Assembly (NCBI GenBank): GCA_003223875.1
Contig: QHWY01000086.1
Coordinates: 33,233 to 97,232, forward strand
DNA from: Acidobacteriota bacterium
Lineage (GTDB): Bacteria > Acidobacteriota > Terriglobia > 20CM-2-55-15
Length of the DNA: 64,000 nucleotides
Reading direction: 5' to 3'
Both the position numbers and the translations under genes were made by a program. The notes below the pieces were generated by a model, which was not told the origin of the DNA, did no database searches, and worked only from the letters and a program-made list of their open reading frames with translations. Below are positions 57,782 through 64,000 of the stretch, piece after piece (the first letter of the stretch is position 1; each line of letters begins with the position of its first letter).

Positions 57782-57888
57782 GCTTTGCACAAAAAATCCT
57801 GGGCGGTCATAGACCGCCCCTACAGCTTGGGGTGCGCAACTGTAGGGGCGCTCTATGAGCGCCCACGATGTATTTTTTGTGCAAAGCC
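57782..57888 (+). repeat. MITE family A copy 5
   Basis: Full-length element with TSD gagagggtagg (57771..57781 and 57889..57899). Confidence 0.8.
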
Positions 57889-57915
57889 GAGAGGGTAGGG
57901 TGAGGGTCTCAAGAT

Positions 57916-58281
57916 TTGACAGGCTTGCGACCCTCACCCGGCGCGTCAGACTTGCGTCTGTCGAGCCGCCGCGAGAGTCAGCGGATCTACGAAGGACGCG
58001 CGCCTGGAAATGGCGCAACATTAGTCATTGCGGGAGATGTGATGTTCTGGGGAGATCTGAATCAGAAGTTCCGCGCTTTCGATGCAGATACAGTAAAGAT
58101 CCTCTGGGAAGCGACTCTCGGCGGACCGATTCAAAACAGCACGATCAGGTATCGCGTGAACGGGAAGCAATATGTTGCCGTGGTGACCGGCTTGGGATCG
58201 ATCACCGCAAATCTCTTCACCCAAGCCGGAATCAGTCCACAACGCAACAAGGCGATTCACGCATTCGCGTTGCCGAATTAG
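57916..58281 (+). pseudogene. 3' fragment of a PQQ-dependent dehydrogenase gene (last about 90 aa only)
   Basis: GATLVIAGDVMFWGDLNQKFRAFDADTVKILWEATLGGPIQNSTIRYRVNGKQYVAVVTGLG matches the C-terminal blade of quinoprotein dehydrogenases (compare 10862..12715). No N-terminal 500 aa, signal peptide or RBS. A MITE-A lies immediately upstream. Confidence 0.5.
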
Positions 58282-59037
58282 CTATTTTGGCTGCGGCGGA
58301 GGGTACGCCTTATTGGCCAGGCTGACAGGATTCACATCGCCGCGATGGCACGTCCAGCAGGTGACCTTCTGCTCGCCGACCGGAAAAACGCCTGTGCCGG
58401 GAAATTGCGCATTGATCTGCCGCACCAGCATGATCATCTTCCGCGCAATATCTTTTCGTGGGTTAAGATCGTACTCCTGAGGCTTTCCACCGCCATGGCA
58501 GTAGTTGCAGTCCACGCTCAGCGCGTCACGGAACTCGCCCATCAGAGAATCTGCGCCGTGGACGTGTGTTTCCACGGGCAGCAACTTTAAGCTGGTTCCT
58601 GGAACCTGAGCCGGCGGTGGATTGCCTAACGAGTTACCACGATTGTAGAACTTCTTCGGCGCCATGATCTCCGGTTTTACGTTTCCGCGATGGCATGTCG
58701 AGCAATCGACTTCATGATAGCCATCAGGGAAAACCCCGGCGCTGCTTGGGAAGGTGGTGTCGATCAGCCGGACCATCGAGATCATCTTGCGCGCCATTTC
58801 TTTCTCGGGTTTCATGTCGGCCGCAAAATCGCCCTGCACGTGGCAATGCGTGCACTGCACACCAAGAGCCTCATTGAAGCCCTGCATCACGAACCGGATG
58901 TCGGTTTTCGGATCCAGCAGTTTCAGATTCTTCGGTGGTGGCAATGGAGCCCCTCCGCGCTGGCCGCCGCCGCCCCGTTCCTGAGCGAAGGTCGAAACGG
59001 GCAGCAGGAGAAACAGAATGATGATGAGTAGTTGCAT
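58282..59037 (-). CDS. Tetraheme c-type cytochrome
   Basis: Signal peptide and four CxxCH motifs (CTHCH, CSTCH, CNYCH, CWTCH). 251 aa. Confidence 0.8.
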   Translation of the reverse strand: MQLLIIILFLLLPVSTFAQERGGGGQRGGAPLPPPKNLKLLDPKTDIRFVMQGFNEALGVQCTHCHVQGDFAADMKPEKEMARKMISMVRLIDTTFPSSAGVFPDGYHEVDCSTCHRGNVKPEIMAPKKFYNRGNSLGNPPPAQVPGTSLKLLPVETHVHGADSLMGEFRDALSVDCNYCHGGGKPQEYDLNPRKDIARKMIMLVRQINAQFPGTGVFPVGEQKVTCWTCHRGDVNPVSLANKAYPPPQPK

Positions 59038-59060
59038 CGGTCCCCCTTGTGTCCTTTTGT

Positions 59061-59630
59061 TTACTTCAAATTGAGCGCTTTGTCAGGATCGATCACGACC
59101 CGGACAATGTCGGTCTTTTCCGTCACTTCATATCCCGGCAGATGTGGAACACCGACGGGAATAATCATGATGTCACCGGCTACATACTTCTGGGCGGTGT
59201 AGCCTTTGATCTTGCCACTAACGCTCGGTCCACGAACGGTCTTTACGGACTCGCTCGCGGGATCGTCCTTCGTCGGGTTCTCTAGTTCGCCTCCAATCAA
59301 GAACGTTCCCGTACCGCGGATGACGTAATAGAGTTCGGTAATATCGTTGTGAGCCCATCCCCCTAGGTTCGTATTGGCCGGCCTCGGATCGAAATGCAGG
59401 AGATAGGCGCCAAGGTTGTAGCTTTTCGCGATATCGACTACGCGCGCGGGATGGTCTCCGTTTGTTTTCATCAGCGCTTCGAGATCGGCGTGCGGGATAA
59501 AGGTAAGCTTTCCCCCGGCGGCTTTGCTTTTGTCCGCCTGAAGTTGGCCCTTGTTCTGAGCTTCGGCCGAAGATAGGGTAATGGCGACGATCAATACGAG
59601 AACGACGAATGTCCAAGAACGAATTCTCAT
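59061..59630 (-). CDS. Secreted cupin domain protein (paralogue of 14774..15289)
   Basis: Start at the ATG with an AAGGAG RBS (signal peptide MRIRSWTFVVLVLIVAITLSSAEA). Cupin motifs YYVIRGTGTF and IMIIPVGVPHLPG. The longest ORF extends to about 59687. Confidence 0.6.
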   Translation of the reverse strand: MRIRSWTFVVLVLIVAITLSSAEAQNKGQLQADKSKAAGGKLTFIPHADLEALMKTNGDHPARVVDIAKSYNLGAYLLHFDPRPANTNLGGWAHNDITELYYVIRGTGTFLIGGELENPTKDDPASESVKTVRGPSVSGKIKGYTAQKYVAGDIMIIPVGVPHLPGYEVTEKTDIVRVVIDPDKALNLK

Positions 59631-60102
59631 CTTCAATCTCCTTCGACAGGTGGGTATACCATGAACCGCCTTGGCCTTTGATGTCAAGCAAAGGGATTAG
59701 CCATTTTTAAGGGGCAGCGCCCGTTATCCAATGTCGCAGAACACACCTGATGTCAAGCCGCCAGCGGCCACAAGCCGGCGAAATCAGCGACAAGCCCGGG
59801 GCGCAGCTATCCCTTCCGTTTTGGAAGCGATGGCGGAAAATCCGCCGCCATCTCCGTTAAGGATGCTGGAAGAGTGCAAGGTTCTCTACGATAAGAGACT
59901 CGTCAAAGACTTTCGGGTAGTGCCAAAAGTTCTATGAAAACAAGGTGAAGGGTCTTTGCGCCCCATGGACGGTTTGGCGCATGCCATGGATGGCAGACTG
60001 CGGTCAAGCTGGTTACAGCTTGTGACAGGATACTTGCATTCGCGCATGGCCTGCTCTCGCCGGACGCAAAGCGGATGTTTTGAATGCAGGAATTCTGAAA
60101 CT

Positions 60103-60522
60103 CTACTTGAGTTTGAGCGATGGCAGAAATGGCGATTCAGGCCGGGGCGAAACTGTCCGCTTGATAGGATCCACGATCAGATCCAGCCGTTCGAGAACGA
60201 GTTGCCCTATTAATGGTTCGCATCGAGGAGGGCCCACGAGGCAATCGGTATCCATTTGTCGATCCTTTAACGTAAGAGACAGGAGCCGGGCTCGGGGGAG
60301 TTCAATCTTCTGTTCATTCGCAAGCGTGACAATGATCCTACCGTCGCGTGGCAGCCCCAATATGTCGACAACATCTTCGGGAAGAAGCGTCATGACGGCT
60401 CCTGTATCTACAAGGCTATCAAGCTCGACGCGCCGGACACGCGAACTATCCATGTGTCCAGCTTCCGCCAGGATGCGATCAGTTTGGTTTTCCAGGATAA
60501 TTGTGGCGCGAACTTCACCCAT
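60103..60522 (-). CDS. Retropepsin-like aspartic protease (clan AA, TIGR02281-like)
   Basis: DSLVDTGAVMTLLP contains the D-T-G-A active-site motif. Start placed at the ATG with an AGGGAG RBS, giving 140 aa; the longest ORF reaches 60690. Confidence 0.55.
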   Translation of the reverse strand: MGEVRATIILENQTDRILAEAGHMDSSRVRRVELDSLVDTGAVMTLLPEDVVDILGLPRDGRIIVTLANEQKIELPRARLLSLTLKDRQMDTDCLVGPPRCEPLIGQLVLERLDLIVDPIKRTVSPRPESPFLPSLKLK

Positions 60523-60651
60523 AACGTTCTCCCTTAGATGGCATTGTACTCCAGCAGATCGGACCGCACGGTGCCGTCGCATGGCGGTCCCAAGAACCTT
60601 TGCGCTCATCGTCAAAGCGCCAAGGTCACCTGCATCTTCAATCGATGTCAA

Positions 60652-60952
60652 TGTCAATAAGCCCGTTAAGGTGACCGGAAAGGTCACCAAACTCGATCTG
60701 GTGAACCCGCACTCATGGATTTATGTGGACGTAACCGAACCCGACGGAAAGGTCACCAACTAGCGCTTCTAGCTCGGCGCCCCGAACGCTCTCTTTCGGC
60801 TTGGATGGAAAAAAGATACAGTCCCGTCGGGGCTCGAAGTCGTTGTGACCGGCTTTCAGGCCAAATCCGGCGGACCTGTGGCTAATGGGCGCTCCGTCAT
60901 CCTGCCCGGCGGCAAAACACTGGAGAGCGGTGGCTCGAATCCTGAGAAATAA
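60652..60952 (+). pseudogene. Frameshifted copy of the OB-fold-like A-domain gene family
   Basis: NVNKPVKVTGKVTKLDLVNPHSWIYVDVTEPDGKVTN ends at a stop at 60763. The homology (FRLGWKKDTVPSGLEVVVTGFQAKSG...) continues in the +1 frame to 60952. No signal peptide remains. Confidence 0.45.
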
Positions 60953-60965
60953 CACAAGGCGCACA

Positions 60966-60998
60966 CCCCAATTCACGAATTAGATTCGTGAATTGGGG
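60966..60998 (+). terminator. Perfect 15-bp stem-loop CCCCAATTCACGAAT-tag-ATTCGTGAATTGGGG
   Basis: Immediately downstream of the pseudogene stop. Its 3' arm is duplicated as the TSD of the adjacent MITE-A. Confidence 0.35.
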
Positions 60999-61103
60999 CT
61001 TTGCACAAAAAATCCTGGGCGGTCATAGACCGCCCCTACAGCTTGGGGCGCGCAACTGTAGGGGCGCTCTATGAGCGCCCACGATGTATTTTTGTGCAAA
61101 GCC
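60998..61103 (+). repeat. MITE family A copy 6
   Basis: Full-length element with TSD gtgaattggg (60988..60997 and 61104..61113). Confidence 0.8.
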
Positions 61104-61127
61104 GTGAATTGGGATGTGCGCCCCCTT

Positions 61128-62669
61128 TTACAGCTTCATGGCCGCGCGTGTTCTCTGGACCAGAACATTATCCTTCTCGCCGCTGCCTTTCAAATAGAAA
61201 GAGCTTGCCGCCAGGAACTGAGCGCGCCACGCCGGACTCACCTTGAAATAATCTTCGAGGATCGCGCAACTATATTTGTAATCGTGAGCATCACGCCCTT
61301 TCAGGAAGACCAACCGTCGTGCTGCATTCATGAGATCCTGCGGCGAGCCGCCGTTGCTGAGATAGTGATGAATCTTCTTGGCCGCGCTCATGCGGTCTCG
61401 ACCCACTTCGCTAAAGATTTCCTCTAGCGCGCCTCCAGATTCTTTGACGGCGAGCGGTTTTACATCCTCGATGCGGACGTCGGCGACTTTGCCTCTGACA
61501 GCATCGCGGAACAGGGTAATGAAGGCACAGTCCTGAAGGAGCAAAAGCTTTCTTGTAACGTCATCGCCGCTGGCCTGAAACGCATAGCGCAGCGCATTGG
61601 CGGAACTCATCGAATGAACGTTAGGAACGTTGGGCTGCCTCATGACGATTTCGCTGGCAGCGACAAAAAGGGCATCCCATATCGAGTGCGGTGAAACACC
61701 ATGGTTGATCAAGGCAACGGCTTTGTCGCACGCTTCCTCGCTGCTTCCCTGGCGAAGCACCGCCAGCATATCTCGAGTCGCACCATCATCAAGTTTTCCA
61801 CTCATCCAGGCCGGACCCATGCTGGCAACCAGTTTCTGATTCCTCCGCCAGGGCCGGTCAGCAAGCTGATCACTCAAAGCCGGCGTGCTGTTCTTCACAT
61901 CGTGATTCAAGCAGGCGTACGCCAGCGAGCGGAGAACCGCCTCGGCGTGCTGCCAACCGATGAACTGGAGCAGTCGCCAGCTATGGCCTACAAAAATCGC
62001 TTTATGACCGATGGAACGAAAATCGCGAGCCCCGAATCGATAAAAAAGTTCGTAAATCTCGTTGGCTCCCGCCGAGCGCACAAGCCCGGCGACGGCTGCG
62101 TCCGCGTTCTTTTCATCCCAATTCTCCATCGCAGTGATGAACGCCTCTTTTGCCTTGTGAGGAGGCGGAACGATGCTTTCATTGACCGGCGCCATTCTCC
62201 AGCCGCTGTCCTTTTGCTCCATCGCTTGCGATTTCTTGAATTCGTCGAGCGCCCAGAATATCGGCAGCCATCGATCGGTCTCCGGTGACGCAAGACTTTC
62301 CTGATGGGCCGCATTCACTACCATGACGGCGTGGAACTTGAAGCCGACATTCGGCCGAGGAGCGATATTCCGAACGCCGGCCAGGAACAGAGCGGCGACG
62401 ACCTGCTGATACGTCGCTCCTTGATGAATGCGCTGAGCAACCTGCTCGAGCAGCTCCGCCTGCGGTGTGTCTTCGATAAGCCGGACCAACGGCTCGATTC
62501 CCGCACCGAGCCTAACTAATGCCGGAGTCACTTTCGCTTCCTGTGCCGATCCTGGCGGCACGTTTTTGAGGAACGCAAAACTTCCAGCACTGATCCCGGC
62601 GACTTTCAGAAACTGGCGGCGTGTCGTTTTGTCTTGCATAATGTCCTCCTGTGAATTTGGGACAGACAC
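61128..62669 (-). CDS. Tat-signal hypothetical protein (513 aa, alpha-helical)
   Basis: Twin-arginine motif TRRQFLKVAGISAGSFAF near the N-terminus. No catalytic motif recognised. Possibly DUF1800-like, but I cannot verify. Confidence 0.5.
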   Translation of the reverse strand: MSVPNSQEDIMQDKTTRRQFLKVAGISAGSFAFLKNVPPGSAQEAKVTPALVRLGAGIEPLVRLIEDTPQAELLEQVAQRIHQGATYQQVVAALFLAGVRNIAPRPNVGFKFHAVMVVNAAHQESLASPETDRWLPIFWALDEFKKSQAMEQKDSGWRMAPVNESIVPPPHKAKEAFITAMENWDEKNADAAVAGLVRSAGANEIYELFYRFGARDFRSIGHKAIFVGHSWRLLQFIGWQHAEAVLRSLAYACLNHDVKNSTPALSDQLADRPWRRNQKLVASMGPAWMSGKLDDGATRDMLAVLRQGSSEEACDKAVALINHGVSPHSIWDALFVAASEIVMRQPNVPNVHSMSSANALRYAFQASGDDVTRKLLLLQDCAFITLFRDAVRGKVADVRIEDVKPLAVKESGGALEEIFSEVGRDRMSAAKKIHHYLSNGGSPQDLMNAARRLVFLKGRDAHDYKYSCAILEDYFKVSPAWRAQFLAASSFYLKGSGEKDNVLVQRTRAAMKL

Positions 62670-62710
62670 CGAATTGTTTGTGCTTCAGCAATTCGGTGTC
62701 TGTCCTCGAA

Positions 62711-63742
62711 TTACCTTCCGAGCGGCGTCGTAATCGCGATCAGATCCGTACCGCCCGAACCTAACTTTGGTCTCTCCCACCTGACCGTCCCGCGCGGAAT
62801 CCCGGAATTCGCGCCCATTCCAGAGAGCATTATCGTGAACGTGCGCTTTTCCTGCGGCCCTAGTTTCGGTATTTCGAATTCCGCCGCGTTGGTGTTCGTG
62901 ATAGGGTCGCGATGAATGCCGGTGTAACCGCCACCGGTTGTTGCTTCCACGACAGTCGTTACTTCTTCAGGATCTCTTCCTCTGAGCAGTGGGAGCGTAA
63001 CTGTGATGTACTCGGCCGTAAGACCTTTGCCTGGCCTTCCAGTGTTCGAAACAGTAATTGTGTATGTGACGCTGTTTTCACCAATGACTCCATTGCTGAT
63101 CTCTGCGTTGATGGGAACTCGTAGTCCTTGTTCGACAGAGAAAAATTGCCAGAGTTCTTGTAACGTTGACTCGGACACCTGCTCGCGCGAGAAATTGCCC
63201 ATTCGAAGATGACGGGAATTCGCGTGATCCGGCGCGGACGTGTGTTGGTACACCTCCGTTTTGAACCATTCGTAATCGCCGCCCAAACCGCCCGCAGTTC
63301 GACGCGGATTTGCAAAGATCGCCGCGTGACATTGTCCGCAGCCGGATTCGATGTACAGTTTTTGTCTCGGAGTGGCGAGCGGCGGAACCGGCGTGCGCCA
63401 CATCGACCCTGGCTCGGCGGACTTTGGCAAACTCGCCAAGTAAGCTGCAACCTGCGCGATTTGCTGATCGTTTAAATTCTTGTCCGCCACAAAGGCAGGC
63501 ATGGTTTTTCCCGCTCCCTGACGTACAACGCGCAGGAACTGAGCGGTGGTGAGTTGATGGCCGGCGAGAGGTTTAGCAAATCCCCCCTCGCCGCGCTCAC
63601 CGTGACAAAGTTTGCAATCATTCTCGAGACCAAAATACCCTTGCCAAATTCGTTTCCCTTCCTGAATGTCCGATGCGCTGGGCGTTTGAGCTTGAGCAAT
63701 AGCCAAGGGAAGCAAAACCAACACAATAAGAATGCGACGCAT
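62711..63742 (-). CDS. Secreted c-type cytochrome domain protein (two CxxCH)
   Basis: Signal peptide. CKLCH and CGQCH heme-binding motifs. The C-terminal beta-rich domain is of unknown function. Confidence 0.7.
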   Translation of the reverse strand: MRRILIVLVLLPLAIAQAQTPSASDIQEGKRIWQGYFGLENDCKLCHGERGEGGFAKPLAGHQLTTAQFLRVVRQGAGKTMPAFVADKNLNDQQIAQVAAYLASLPKSAEPGSMWRTPVPPLATPRQKLYIESGCGQCHAAIFANPRRTAGGLGGDYEWFKTEVYQHTSAPDHANSRHLRMGNFSREQVSESTLQELWQFFSVEQGLRVPINAEISNGVIGENSVTYTITVSNTGRPGKGLTAEYITVTLPLLRGRDPEEVTTVVEATTGGGYTGIHRDPITNTNAAEFEIPKLGPQEKRTFTIMLSGMGANSGIPRGTVRWERPKLGSGGTDLIAITTPLGR

Positions 63743-63819
63743 TCAAGCCTCCTGGGTTCGGCGACGCCATCATACATCTGGTATCATCGCAGCTCCAATA
63801 CCGACTGAAGGAGAACAGA

Positions 63820-64000
63820 ATGCTTCCTCCTGCCGAGTTTGCTCGCGATTTGCTGAAGGAGGCCCAGGACACGCACCCGTGGCTGCATCATCCGTTGTTC
63901 CACATGATCTGGAGCGGGAGCCTCTCGCGCGATCAGGTTCGCAACATCATCCGCCAGCAGGGCGCATTCTTCCTCGACACGCTGCGACACGCCGCATGGA
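63820..64000 (+). CDS. PqqC/TenA-like heme-oxygenase-fold protein, N-terminal part (3' end beyond window)
   Basis: AAGGAGA RBS then ATG. HPWLHHPLFHMIWSGSLSRDQVRNIIRQQ resembles the PqqC N-terminus ([28 protein letters not shown]). The reading frame stays open to the window end. Confidence 0.4.
   Translation, partial: MLPPAEFARDLLKEAQDTHPWLHHPLFHMIWSGSLSRDQVRNIIRQQGAFFLDTLRHAAW

Noticed and set aside
59061-59691. One-base discrepancy between my manual codon decoding and the ORF-track coordinates for the minus-strand ORFs at 59061..59687 and 59218..59691
   Set aside because: Other ORFs nearby check out exactly. I kept the track coordinates and treat start and stop positions as +/-1 bp.
59731-59937. 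68-aa ORF in the 400-bp gap between the cupin and aspartic-protease genes
   Set aside because: It has no RBS and a low-complexity Pro/Ala/Arg composition with no motif. The region is more likely non-coding, though its function is unknown.
13819-61103. Possibility that the repeated 107-bp family-A elements form a CRISPR array
   Set aside because: Copies are 3-20 kb apart, in both orientations, and each has its own target-site duplication. There are no regularly spaced short repeats with unique spacers.

Overview
This is a roughly 64 kb GC-rich chromosomal segment with dense housekeeping and envelope genes, plausibly from an Acidobacteriota-like soil bacterium; the taxon is inferred only from composition and gene content.

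The most notable system is a Pel-type exopolysaccharide locus (33.5-47.1 kb) with an unusual architecture:
- The PelA functions are split into two separately secreted proteins, a GH114-like hydrolase and a CE4-like deacetylase.
- The PelB-like TPR scaffold and the porin-like protein are separate ORFs with a MITE between them.
- No PelC-sized lipoprotein gene is present.
- The PelD-like protein carries two degenerate GGDEF-like modules.
- PelE-, PelF- (GT4) and PelG-like proteins complete the locus.

Other recognisable genes:
- Core and stress genes: aroA, aroK, lon, nrdR, thiL, carD, ccdA, an Hsp20, a partner-switching pair (RsbW-like kinase plus STAS antagonist) and a higBA toxin-antitoxin pair.
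- Cobalamin uptake: a cobalamin riboswitch precedes a TonB-dependent receptor and a BtuF-like binding protein.
- Quinoprotein module: a PQQ-dependent dehydrogenase, with a truncated paralogue next to a tetraheme cytochrome c.
- Peptidases: M23, M24, S9, a CocE/NonD hydrolase and a retropepsin-like aspartic protease.
- A cluster of paralogous secreted OB-fold-like proteins that shows domain fusion and fission.

The intergenic space is colonised by at least two MITE families:
- Family A is about 107 bp and near-palindromic. It has 6 full copies with 9-11 bp target-site duplications and is often inserted into the 3' arm of pre-existing hairpins.
- Family B is about 150-210 bp with hairpin-forming TTCCCCTCCTCGCAGAGGAGGGG termini and has 5 copies.
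- There are nested insertions, and one copy supplies the C-terminus of a gene.

No CRISPR array, rRNA or intact tRNA was seen. Coordinates of adjusted starts are approximate (about +/-3 bp), and all family assignments come from motif recognition by eye, not from database searches.
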